From Paramecium tetraurelia (taxonomy: Eukaryota), in assembly GCA_000165425.1 (NCBI GenBank), contig CT867997.1, positions 496,001 through 560,000 of the forward strand: a stretch of DNA of 64,000 bases, in the 5' to 3' direction. Below are positions 1 to 13,857 of the stretch, piece by piece; positions within the stretch are counted from its first letter, which is position 1, and each line of letters starts with the position of its first letter. The notes under the pieces were generated by a model. The model ran no database searches and had not been told where the DNA came from. It saw nothing but the letters and a program-made list of their open reading frames with translations. The translations under genes and the position numbers were made by a program.

Positions 1-2
1 TT

Positions 3-988
<986 letters not shown>

Positions 989-1015
989 ATCCCCTGGCCT
1001 TAATGGCTAGGGGAT
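989..1015 (+). promoter_or_regulatory. GC-rich hairpin right after the TrxR stop codon (possible Sec-redefinition element)
   Basis: ATCCCCTGGCC-TTAAT-GGCTAGGGGAT forms an 11-bp stem (one G-U) with a 5-nt loop. The structure is seen directly; the function is inferred. Confidence 0.55.
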
Positions 1016-1111
1016 GTTTTAAGCAGAAACTCCGCCTAACCTTTAATAGAAGTATTCTGAGACTGATTTCGAGGAAGGAAGACATTTGTTTGTTTTGAAT
1101 AAAGAACAAAC

Positions 1112-1157
1112 TTAATGAAACATTTATTGGAAATAAAGCATCGATAAATGTTGAAAA
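1112..1157 (+). promoter_or_regulatory. SECIS element in the TrxR 3' UTR
   Basis: ATGA at 1115-1118, stem AACATTTATTGG (1119-1130), apical loop starting AAA (1131-1140), pairing arm TCGATAAATGTT (1141-1152), then GA (1153-1154). This is the canonical eukaryotic AUGA..AA..GA layout, about 130 nt after the in-frame TGA. Confidence 0.9.
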
Positions 1158-1277
1158 AAGATGTTTTTTGGATTTGAAATTTGTTAAAGAGTATTTCTCA
1201 AAAATATATATTCAACTTTTAGATTAAAGATATAAGGATATTAAAGATAATAATTATTTTAAGGACAACAAAATGAT

Positions 1278-2370
1278 TCAATTTAATAGTTTTCCTAGTT
1301 CTTTTCTTCCTTAAATAACTAAATTGTGTTGATTTCCCAATTCTCCAAATATTTCTATTAACTTTTTTTAAGCCTTCTTGTCAGCCCAATTCTTATCCTT
1401 TTTAACAATCTAAAATAACTAAGTAAATTACAGTTAGAAGTGATTTAATAGCCAATTCATTGTTTTTTATACTAAGAGCTTCCAAAGCCAAGTCAAAATA
1501 TAGATCATAATTTTCAGGATTGTCATTTATTCGTACTAAAATATTTTCGATTTCAGGAGTCATGGATTTTATTTGCTTAACAAGTTTATATTGATCTTAG
1601 ACTAATTAATATAATTATTTTGTATTCATGTCTTCTAAATCATCTTTGTATTGTTTATCGAATAAATCTAAAGTTTCTTAGATTTTATTTAAATCTTCCA
1701 TCAAAACATATGCTAGTGCTTTGAATAATAAATATTTTGGATGTTCCTTTTTAACGTTATCTCTTGCCAATGCCTCAGTCGTTAAAGTCATTAATCCTTA
1801 ATAATTCTTGCTATCAAACAGTTGAGCCATTTGTTCCAATATCATTTGTTCAACGTTTTCACCTCTCAATATTCTTGATATTTATTCGACGATAGTCATA
1901 AATCTATCAAACTTTCCATTCTTGAAATATCCATCAACAAATTAGTTATTGTATACCACACCTGCAAAGGGCACAGAATTAATTTACAATTGAGTGATCA
2001 AATTAGGATGTTTATCAATGTCAATGTTGATTATTGTTGAGACATCTGAATATTTTTCCATGTTTTTAATCAATACCTCTTTAAATTCCTTGCATTCTAA
2101 AGACCATTGGGCAAAACAATAAACAATGATAATTTTCTGATTGCTTTCTTAAACTAGTTGATTAAAATGGTCTGCATCAATGACATCCACATGCTACAAT
2201 TTATTATCCACTACTATGTTGTCATAAAAGTTTTATGCTTAATTCTTCAATTTATTCATGATTTCATCTGAGAATTTAGGATCTTGGTTTTGTTGACTAA
2301 ACATGTAAATAGCTGGAGCATGGAATTTCAGACTTCTAAAAATTGGAGTTCTAAAGAGTTTTCTGATCAT
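1278..2370 (-). CDS. CnoX/YbbN-like thioredoxin-domain + TPR protein with probable mitochondrial presequence
   Basis: Starts MIRKLFRTPIFRSLKF (Arg-rich, no acidic residues). Trx fold IIIVYCFAQWSLECK..IDIDKHPNLITQLQINSVP. C-terminus IVKKDKNWADKKAQKKLIEIFGELGNQHNLVIQGRKELGKLLN resembles the YbbN C-terminal TPR. One intron near 1409-1432. Confidence 0.8.
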
Positions 2371-2546
2371 AATTAAATTATATCAACAAAAATTAATTAA
2401 ACAGAAATAAAAAGTAGAAAACTAATACTTAATTGAGAACTTTTAAATTGTAAGTGGATCTTTAAATTCAATTGACTTGCAAAAATAACTAAAAATTATT
2501 ATCAGCAACTTAATTAATTATTGCTATAATTTTATTAATTCTTAGA

Positions 2547-4327
2547 ATGAATCAATAGGAGAATGCGATAAAAGGTGTTCTAAAACAATAATTAATCGTT
2601 GACTCTGAAAGTGGTCCATATAAGACTATTCAGGAAGCCATTGATAGGGCAGAACCTAACACAGTTATAAAAATAGCTCCAGGACTTTATTCCTCCAACA
2701 TTGTTATCAATAAACCCGGATTGCGTCTGGAACCTAAAGAAAAGGTTGGAGATATCATTATAGTTGTGTCCTCCAAACCTACTATTTTGGTGGATTTAAA
2801 AAAGGACGAACGTTGCACCTTGATAGGATTGAAAATGTCACACAGTGGAACAAGCGAAGAGGTGGAGGAATTAGAAAAATTGATAGAAGGTTAGGAGATG
2901 GCAAAGCATCTCTTTGGGAGTCATGAGGATGGAGCTGGTGGTTTGGAGTAGAATCCAGATGAGGAGTTTGTAAGCAAAGTGACAATAGATTCTAGTTTGA
3001 ATTGCGTAGTGCTATTGAATGGAGGCAAACTATTTATGGAAGATTGCATTATCGCATTAAAGTAAGAATAACATCAAATTTAAGTTTCATCGTGAAATCC
3101 TTTAAAGGCATATTGCCAGGTATAGCTGTGAATCAAAATGCTGAAGCCCTATTCATTAGATGTGAAATCAAAGGCACTTCCTCAAAAAATTAAGATGCCA
3201 AGACAATAGGTATTATAGTGAAATTAGGAGATTTGATTATCAAGGATAGCAAGATCCACAATCATACATATGGTGGTATATTGATATAACAGGCACCAAC
3301 TAATAAAAATGTTCGTGTTATGAATAGCAAAATAATCCAAAATAAAAAAGTGGGAATACATGTTGTTGGGTCAGATGCAATTCCTTAAATAGAGCAATGT
3401 AGAATTGAAAATAATGAAGGACCAGGAATTAAAGTAGGTATTGGAAACAGGGCCAGGATTTATGGAAACGAAATAAAAACTAATGTTGTAGGAATAGAAG
3501 TGCTATCTGCTGATCCGTAGATATTTAATAATAAAATTGATAAGAATTTCACTGATGGCATATTAACCAAAGTATTCGAACAATTAAGATGTGATGGTAA
3601 GATTAAAACTAATCAAACAATATCTGGAAATAAGGAAAATGGTATTCATTGCACTGGGTAAAATAATTATACCAGGATCGAATAGAATGCCTTTATAGGA
3701 TATAATAAGAAGGCAGGAATCAAAGCTGATACTGAATCTCGTATTTCAATATATAAGAACAAGATTACAAAAAATCTAGGTTAGGGTGTATTATTAGTAG
3801 AGACTTCATCTGCTGTCATTGAAAAAAATGAAATTACTGATAATATCAAAGCTAATATTGCCTTAGGCGGTGCCAATTCTGTAGATACATTTATAGTCGA
3901 GAATAAAATTCTGGGAGGGAGATGTGAAGGTATCTTCTTAATTGAATGTGGAAGGTGTTGGATATTTAGAAATAAGATTGCTGAAAATGTAATATTTTAC
4001 TTATGTAGATAGAATGATGGAATTGTTTGTATAACAGCTGTTCCAATTATTAGTGGAAACGAAATTTAAAAGAACAAAAGCAATGGGATTATGATTATTA
4101 AAGATAGTAGACCTGAAATCATTGAAAATAAAATAAATCATAATGATGGAATAGGATTGTTTATTAGGGATAAAAGTCATGGAAAAATACTTAAAAATGA
4201 GATTAATGCTAATGAGATTGAATTAGTTGTTGAAAGGAGGAATCCTTCTTTGGAATCTATTGTATAAGATAACTAAGTATCTGGAGATATTAGGATACCA
4301 TAAAATTATGATTGTACAATTTAATGA
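2547..4327 (+). CDS. Parallel beta-helix (PbH1/NosD-like, FBXO11-type repeats) protein with C-terminal CaaX
   Basis: YKTIQEAIDRAEPNTVIKIAPGLY followed by many N-x-I-x-x-N-x-x-x-G-I repeats. Two short introns. Ends NYDCTIQ-TGA. Confidence 0.85.
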
Positions 4328-4379
4328 AAAATTTAAAATACTTAAATTTATTAATTCCAAATAAAATATAAATACACTC

Positions 4380-5223
4380 TTTAATTTATATACCTATGAT
4401 TGGAACTAAAGGGAAGAGGTTACTGAAATTTTTATATCACCTCTCTATGCTACCCCAGAAGATGGGATACTTTAAGCAATATATAAAAGACACTTGAGAT
4501 TACCTGAATGTGGTGATTTCAAACCTATGCCAACAGTAGATGTTCCGAGTAGCTTAGATTAGATTAGAGAATTTTGATTGTCTATCGTAGTTTCAGGTTG
4601 GGTAAAAAGTGGCTTTGGTCTAAGTGATATTTTTAAATGAATTTCTTTCAGACTCAACCATTTTTGCTCAATAAGATGTGGTTGCTCATTATTTATTAGG
4701 AGATTTAAGTTGAACTTAGAGGATTCAATGCAAATCAAATGGCAGATAATATTTTTATTTGGGCTAGGATAGTGATTGGTTTGAAGGCAGTTTAAGATAA
4801 AACTAACTTATTCAAGCATTACCTAAAAACATTTTAATCTTGGATAAAGTTTTTGAGAGCTAAATCAATCTCTAAGCCATTCACATCAATTTAGAATTAT
4901 GAAGAGATGAAATTTAGACTAGTAGCAAAGATCATTATTTACTTTATGTTTTGCTCAAGGACCTCATAAAATATTCATATTAAAATAACATTGATGTTCT
5001 ATGCATATGATGCAAGTGTCCTTAGATGATATTATTACCTTTAAAATATAATGAGTACTTTGCGAGTAGCCACTGCCATTGCTAAACATCAAGAAATTCT
5101 AGGAAAAAAAGAAACTTGAATTTATTAATAAGGCTAAATCATACCAGGAAAACACTGTCCATTATATAAATGATCGCAAAGCAAAAATGAAATAGATGCT
5201 CTAATAATAAATACTGATATCAT
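4380..5223 (-). CDS. Hypothetical protein or decayed gene
   Basis: Hydrophobic start MISVFIIRASISFLLC and a long TGA-free frame from about 5098 to 4380. Joining them needs a 17-nt intron or a frameshift at 5099-5115, and no clean stop was found. Confidence 0.3.
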
Positions 5224-5303
5224 TTTTATTAGAAATTTGATTCTAGATATATGAGATAAATTTAATAAAGAATTTTATTCTAAAAAATCAAGTATGTTCT
5301 GTT

Positions 5304-8300
5304 TCAACTTTATTCCTATGATTGGATCGGTCTGATTTAATTTTATTAATTAACCTTATTTTAGTAGAATTCTTAGATCAAATAGTAGGTTAGATATATT
5401 AATGTCCCAAGAGTAAAGATTAAAGTTATTATCCACCCAACTAAGACACTTTTACTAGTTAGAATAACGAATGCTCCAAAATAGAACTATTATTTGCTAT
5501 TATATATACATAACATAAAATTAGCAATAAGGATCTTTCTACGATATTAAACCATTTTATATATGAGGGATTGAGTCTAAAATGGAAATAAATTAATCCA
5601 GCCATCACTGCAAAAGAGAAAAGCATTTAATACTAATATGCTGATTCTTACAAATTCGAAAATACTGAACTTGACCCCAGTATCAATAGCTTAGCTTATA
5701 TATATAAGACTACAAAATTCGATTTGTATTTTAAATCTAATGAACGATCCATGAATTGAAATGTAGGTTATAAATATGTTGAAAGTGGATAGTAAATTCC
5801 ACATCCTATTATAGCAAAAGAGATATATAAAAAATGTATGTCGCTCATACATTCTACCGAGGGTTGTCTTACTAAAGTATATGGATATTCACTGTAATCG
5901 CAAATGAAAGCATCGATGTATGTCTTCATGACAAATATAAATTATCCACTAATAATTTATATGGTTTTACTCACCCAGAATCTGAAGCTTTTAATTCCTG
6001 CTATTGATCCATCTTCATCAAAACCAAATGAATTATCAGCTATTTATTTACTAGCTTATAATCCTAAAACTATATAAGCTATACTCATTGTCAAAGCCAT
6101 AAAGAAGAAAAAATTATATTCACTCCAAATAGCTGAATAATCTACAGACTTGATAGGCTTGAATTCAGACTTCTCTCCAAACCAACCTACTTGAGAGTCA
6201 AATGATAGCGTAATTAATCCATATAGATCATAAACTCTTAGGAATACAGCTAATAGATTTGTTATTGTAAGTTTAAAGTGGAATTCCTGCTCATTTGCTT
6301 TCCTATCAAATTTATTAAATTCTTCTACCAAAACTCTGCACACTTATTAAGCCACTTTGGTCCAATCTTCATTTATTGGAATAGCTTTAGGTTCTATTGG
6401 AGCAATTTTGCTGTAAAGATCTGCCAATTAGTTCATAAATTTTTGGGTATATTTTTTGGGTGTTATCCAAATAGCAATGTGTATCTCTTTGCAAATTTCC
6501 CAAATCTTCTTTTCCCATTTGTGTGGAATTTTCTTTTTGTAATTGTTTTCAATTTCTAGTATTTTCTACTAATATTTATCATTAAGATCCTTTTATTCAG
6601 CAGACTACAAATCATTTAATTTATCTGTTTCTATTCGTGCTGGAACCTATATTTTATTTAAACATCTTCTTTCATCTTTGAATTTCTCAATTTTTATAAA
6701 ATTATGTTCTTAAATGACACTTGAAACACCCTTAAATTTTGTTATTTATTCATAAAAATTAGGATAATCATTAACAAAATGATAATAACTTGCAATAGCT
6801 AATTCTTAAACAGTCTCTTAATAAGAACGATCTTCATACTTAAAATTATCGTATATTAATAAGGCAAAGTCTTCTTCAGATAGAATAAACCCTTCATTTC
6901 TTTCTTCAAAACTTTAATATTACTTTAATATTTCATAATCCTTTTCTAATTTTAAGACCTCCAATATATTTGACAAATCACCTTTATTAATAAAATAATG
7001 ATAGACAGTTATCCAAAATCTTTCGGCTCTCCTGGAATCTGACATCATGGGTTAAAATTAATCAAGATATTTAGTATCTTTTGATAAAATAGTTGAGTGT
7101 CTTTATCTTATTCTTTTTTTTATTTCTATTCTTTACTCAAAACTTTATTTTTATTTTTCTAATTCTTATAAGTCTTTCTATTTATTATGTTCATTTAATT
7201 CCATATCCTCTAAATCATAAAATCCAAATTTGCACAATAGGCAAGAAAACAAACAATCTTGAACTTTATACAAAAAGCCTTGCTCTTCTTCTTAATTTCT
7301 TTATTTAATTGTATCGGCAGAAGTTAATGATGCCATTTCTACTTCATTGTCACTTAAGGATTTCCTTATTTTAAGTCGTTTTCTTTCTTAAATCTACTCT
7401 AATTTCTTTTTGTTTTCAAAATCTTATTTTGTTACAAGAATGTATTTAATATTGTTATTTTCTGCAGGATCTGGATGTTCATACATATTTACTGGATCCC
7501 CTTTGATTAAATCTGCCTCTAACTTACTCGAATTTCTATGCTGAACATATCTAACAAATAATAAAGATGAAATCTCTTCAGTTGCATAAACCCCATTTTC
7601 AGAAAATTCCTTCATAACTGCTCTAAGAACTTCTTTCTTCTTCATTTCTAATTGTTCTTTGTTTAACAAAACAGAATAAAAAATAGACAAAACTGTAACA
7701 CTTATTATAATAATTAAAATAGAATAAGCAACAGCTAATTAAGCAAATAAGGCAAATTCTGTAGAAGAGTTTTCAAAATAGTCTGCAAAAATTGGAAATA
7801 TGGTTCCAATTGGACCTATTATAAATGTCCATCCGATAATTACTACTAGTGGTTGAATAAATTATTAATAGATGACTGATTCCTGTTTTAATGAAATCTA
7901 AAATTTATAATACAAAAATGATAAAGGTACTCCAACCGTATTTGCTAATAAAGCATTTTTAGTTACTTCACTCTAAATGGTTAGTGCTATTGGCAATAAT
8001 ACTATTAATGGAAGAATGATTCCCACTGTAGTAAAATCCTACATTCTATTTAATAATTTTTGAGTATAAGTTTGATTTTCTTTCTAGTCAATATCTTTTT
8101 ATGTTTGTTCTTTAACTTCGAGAGATAAAGCATGACTTGTTAGAATAAATAAAATTGTATGTATACTTAGCAACCCTATTATCTAAAAGTATAAATAATA
8201 ATTTACTGTTCCCTTTTTTGTTCCAGTAGCTGTTTTTGGTTCATTCCAAGCAAAATAACAAATTAAATAAAAAGATATTATATAGCATATCGAATTATAC

Positions 8301-10026
8301 CAAACCGCATAGCTATTTAAGTTTACATACTCGTAAGCGACAAACTATAAATTTTCTGCCTATTTTGGTAATTTCAATAAGTAGATTATTACTATAATAA
8401 TATAATAAATGATTAAGAATATTATTGGAATAAGTCCAGCACTAGCCAACACAAATGCTCCTATCTATAATCCCTTATCATCAAAATACTCAGAAAATGT
8501 TAATAAAATTCCAAAAGGTATGGCAAAGGAAAAACATGAAAAAAGCATCACAAACAGCTTTTGATTTCTCTTTTCAGATCTAAAGTACCCAACTGTCAGC
8601 CACATTAATGATATAATTAACGGGCATATGCCTATTAATCTTGAAATTGACTTGATATACTCGTTTTCAATAGTCGAACTCCATACTTTAATACATATCA
8701 CACTAAGCGCAGCACCAAATAGTAAGGGAGTGTAGAGATACAAGTTCTATCTCTTGAATCTTGAGTTGCTTATGCATATTCCAAATATTATAAAAATTGG
8801 TAGAGCTAAAATTAAAAAGCCAAAAGTAACAATCTACTCAAAATCATGTGATTATAATCCTATTATTAAATTTGCATAGCAAAATATCTCAATAATTACA
8901 TAACTAATTGTAATCATCCATGGAACAAACTTTTAGAGTTTTAGCTTTTTGAATATCTGTTTTGCTCTTTTATTCATATTATAATTTAAATACTCATTTT
9001 TTATATCATTATCAGCATACTTTAATAATGAGAGCTAATATAAGTCGTATTTTATTGTCTTCTTTGGTAAATAAAATAGTCCTTTGATTAGAAAAATAGA
9101 GAATAAAAATATAACTAAAAATGTAGATGGAGCTATTATCTTAGATATATTATCAATAATGTATTCTACTTTAGTTGATTAAATAAGGAGTACAAAGGCA
9201 ATTATTTTAAAGAGGATAAAATATGAAACTAATACACAAAAACCACAATTAAATATTGTCGCAATAACAGCTGATGATACTCTTCTAATATATTCTAAAA
9301 GTCCTCTATTTATTAGAGAATTTATAAAAATCGCAATACTTACTATGCAATATCCTATCCCTATATAGTCTTATGAGAATCCATCTTAATTTCCAAAAAT
9401 ATTGAGATGGTATCCTAGTAGAACAAAAATTGGAATTATTATTAAACCTATAAATAGAAGGATCCAAATTAGATAGTTTTTAATTTATTAACAACTAAAA
9501 TTTCATAAATTATTACATTTATGATGATATTGTATAAAAAAAAGCATATACAGGCAATTGATGAGCTATTTATTAACGTATTTTATCATTTTTTATGATT
9601 TAATTATTTTCGATTGCCTAAAATAAAATTCAGTTTTACTATAGATTCTGAGAGAACACTGAAGTATGCACTCCAATATACTATTGTTATGATAAGCTAA
9701 TTTAGATCAAAACTTATTCTGTATTGTCTAGGACTACAAGTGAAAAATGCATTAAATCTGTCTTCAAATTGATTGTATTTTTTAAAAAATTATTCTACAT
9801 ACAATGGTTATTATGGGGTTTTAGCATTTTCTTTATTCTCAAGAAGTGCACTTAATTCTTATGCATCTTCACTTTCTGGGATAAAGAATTTGATATTTTG
9901 ATCTTTCAATTTTATAATACATTATGGTTAATTTGATTCCTATTCGCTACTAAAAACTATTTTATATCTTGAATTCTATTCATTTGGTTCAGATATGTGA
10001 TTGTTTGATTCTTCTTAATTAATCAT
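5304..10026 (-). CDS. Large multi-pass membrane protein of unknown function (about 1500 aa; could be two genes)
   Basis: Long ciliate-code frame with many hydrophobic helices (e.g. YLIWILLFIGLIIIPIFVLLG, LIGICPLIISLMWLTVG, VGWIITLIFTLGTLIYLTYYL). Includes ORF-track pieces 8465-8743, 7424-7690 and 6056-6343. Confidence 0.65.
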
Positions 10027-10799
10027 TCTCCTAAATTCTATATAATAATTTATTTAAATTTAAAAAATAAAATCATTTCATTAACATGTAGTCTTTCTGA
10101 CTTATTTTCAGTTAGAAGATTTTAATCTCCCTTTCCCCTTTATTTTTTAATGTTCTCTTATCCATCTTCCTTTTGAAATCATTCAAATAAAAGAAATTTT
10201 TCATAAAATCTAATTTCTTTCAATTAACTCCTTTTCTTGTTAAAAGTATTATTGCAATCCTAATTTTGTTATTATTCCTTTAGCAATTCCATAATTAAAA
10301 CTCTTTCTGGAGTATCTCTTTAGAATTAATTAAAATCGACCTGTCTTTACATTCGGTTGCTCAATTATTCAGCCTTTTAAATCTATAATTCATTTACAAT
10401 CCAGTAATCTCCCTAAAATAAGCACTCAAAAAGGATTTGGGATATTTTCCAAAAAAATTATTTTGTTATTCTTCAACTCGTTTTAAGTAGTAAATTATAG
10501 ATTCTCATTTAACTGCTTTACTTCTAAAACATTGAAGAATTTCATTTTTAAATTATTCACAATCCAAAAAATTAAGTAATTCCTATCTATATTTGATTTA
10601 TCTAAATCTTAAATCTAATCATATCAGCAGGTCGTAAATCAAGTTAACTTGAATTATAATACCTTATTTGAAACGGTGGTGTCCTTTCAGTGAATCTGAA
10701 CGATTGTGAATGTATGTATAATCATTCAAATTTATAAATATTATTTTTTAATAAGAAAATGATATTGGAGTAAATTAATTATTAATGATTGTTATGCGA

Positions 10800-11962
10800 T
10801 CAATATAAACCATTCTTCTTTACATATGGGTTGTTTTATTGATAATTATCATAGTTTTTTGGCTTACCATCTTAAGTAAATAGACTAAATGTACTAACAT
10901 TTGAGTGAGCAATTTAGTAAGCTAAAATTTAATCTTATTTTTACATGCTCCACCACCAGCATTATATGCAGGTCTACCATAACCAACATCATTGTAAGAA
11001 CTTTTAGTTGGTTATTAGTATTATTTTTATGGCATTTGAGATATTGGAGACTTTTGGACCATCTTTGTTTATTATTGTTCATATGTTGGCTGCTTATGTG
11101 TCGCTTTAACACTTTATGAATAACCTTTCTGACTGTACTATTATTATTATTATTAATATTGTGGTTATTTCTATTATTAATATTATCTTGATTAAGGCTG
11201 ATTATTATAATTTTACTGATATTAATTGCCCTTCCCATATTTGGTAGGTTGCTATTTATTTGACACTCCATATGATTAACCATATTATTGATGACCAAAA
11301 GGATTACCTCTACCTTCTGCTATTTCTTATTATCTAACTTTCCTCATCTCTCTCATAGCCTATTAAAATTCAAGATGCTCCTATTTCCATTTACCGGTTT
11401 TTTTGGGTTTTAAGTATTTGGCAGCCCTTTTGTTCTATTCCTGTTATTATTCTTTTATTTTTTAAATATCTGGTTCAGGTCCAATACACACAGATTCATG
11501 TTTTCTGATTCTATCAGGATTGAATCTTCTTCCACATTTTCTGCACTACAAAGTTATTAAATTCATTTACCCCAACAAGAGCCATGACTTATTAGGGTTA
11601 TTCATATAACACCTGCTGTGACTTTTGGCCAACTTTTGTTCCACCTTATTACCTTACTTATTTCTCTTAGTTCAACTTTTGTAAAACCTACTAAGCTAAA
11701 ATAGTCAATAATTTATTATTACTAGTGGGCATCTATTATCTGTGACCAGGATCCATATTAATCAAATCATTTTGGTACTTTTTAATGCAAGTTTTTTAAT
11801 GAATTTCAAGAGAAGCTGTTCCAAACTCTCTCCCACAAATTGTGCCTAAAAATAGATATATTCTGTACAAAGCAATGATTTTGGTCGTACTGCGAAACCT
11901 CCTCCATTTAGGTAATTCAAATTGTTATCATTTGTTTTTTAATTTGTATTTGTTTTTCTCAT
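10800..11962 (-). CDS. C2HC zinc-finger protein (zf-C2HC_2, ZC2HC1/ZNF474-like) with Q/G/Y-rich tail
   Basis: [26 protein letters not shown] and CRKCGRRFNPDRIRKHESVC. Short introns. Ends YVKKNGLY-TGA. Confidence 0.85.
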
Positions 11963-12414
11963 TAAATTATTATTAAAACATAAGCAATCAAAAACTAATT
12001 GCATTAATACTAAATAAACTCATATCTGAGGATTATAATAATATATTAATATATTTATAAATAAGTATAGTTCTGTAATTTTAGTTAGGATTTATTTTCT
12101 CTAGTTTATTGAAAATATCTTCGATAAATCCAAATTCATTTATTTTAAACAATTCATTACATGTTTTGAGTACAAAAACTTACTTTATATATACTGCATG
12201 TTTTTTAAAAATAACATTCAGTTTTAAGGGTTTAGCACGATAAATTCATCAATGACCTTTAATTTTAATGAGAAATTTAATGTTTATAGAGAGGATTTAC
12301 TATTATTCATTTTATTTGATGTTTCCTTATCCATAACAATATTTTACATTTATATTGTTATATTTTATAAAATAGTATCAATAAAATAATAACATATTAT
12401 AAAATAATTTGAAA

Positions 12415-13857
12415 TCAAAATTCTAAGATCCTTTGCATAATTTCTTTATCTGGAAATTTTTAAATATCTTAAAGATCTGCCACATAAAAACATTCATTCA
12501 GTCTTGCCGTTCTCAATGTTTTATTTAAGTATTTTATCATATATGTTGCTAATAATTGATGTCTATTTAAAGTTCCTAAGTTAGCAGATAAATTGGTCTA
12601 ATGTTCTTCAAGTATTGATAATAATTTCATCATATCAAAAGCTAATGATTAATAATTTTCAGGGCAATTATCAATAAAAGCTTGTTTCATCTATTTCAAT
12701 TAAGTTATACAATATAAACCTCTTTCATCGTTGAAAAACTTCTGCTATTCTTTCAAAAACTTTGAGTTTTCTAGCTGTTATAGCCAATTAAAAGAAAACC
12801 ATCTTAAATTTTAGGCTAAATCTTAAAATGATTATTCAAATTGTTATATGAAAAAACTAAAATTAAATGCACTTCTTGCAAAATTTAGTTGATTCAAATA
12901 TATTCTTTAATTAGCTTCAAATTCAATTTACAAATAATTTGTTATTAGAAATTTCCTGTAATCAGTTTAATCTGGTTCCACTTCTTCTAATATTCCTGCA
13001 TATTATCGTTTAGTATTCTCTTATTATTATTATTCTTAAATCAGTGGATTCTAATAAATTTCGTCCCAATTTATTCTATTTTCTTCATGAATTTACAAAC
13101 ATCCTTAAATTAATTATTATAATTAAGAATTATCTAATTGAGGTACAATAATTGGTTTACAAATTCTTTCTTACAATTGAATTATATTCTCAGCATTTAT
13201 AGGAGGTTTTTAGAATAGTAATTCATATAATACCATACCTAACGACCAAATATCACATTTAGAGGTGTAAGGTTATCTTAAAATAACTTACGGCGCCATA
13301 TAAAGTGGAGTACCTGCAATACTTGTCATCAAATCATTTTCGAAATCAATCTTTTTTGCAAATCCAAAATCTGCTAGTTTAGTTATTCCCTAATGCAAAA
13401 GTATATTGGCCGGCTTTAAATCTCTATGGATTAAAGAGTTTTAATAGAGTTGGTGATACCTAAATATATTTCATCCAATACCCATTCAAGATTTATTTTA
13501 GGATATTGACTACAGATTTTGAGTCTAATTTACCTCTTTTAATTATATCTCTTAAATCTCCACCATTACAAAATTCTGATATAATATAAAAATTGTTTTG
13601 AGTTTCATAGAAATCTAAAAATTTAACAATATTTTTATGATTAAGTTACTTCATAGATCTAATCTCATTTAGTAATTGTTAAGTATTAGTCTACTCTTTT
13701 ATTTTATATACGTTACTTGATTAATCATCCTTCTATCTATCACTTTAATTGCCACAGGTAATCCATCATTTGAGATCCCCTTATAAACTGTGCCATATGC
13801 ACCTTTACCAATTAGATGATTCATATTGAACGAATATTTCCCAACAATCTTTTACAT
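12415..13857 (-). CDS. Ser/Thr protein kinase (ULK/ATG1-like, ciliate-expanded family)
   Basis: IGKGAYGTVYKG, VAIK, HRDLKPANILL, KLADFGFAK, GTPLYMAPQ, CDIWSLG. Confidence 0.92.
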
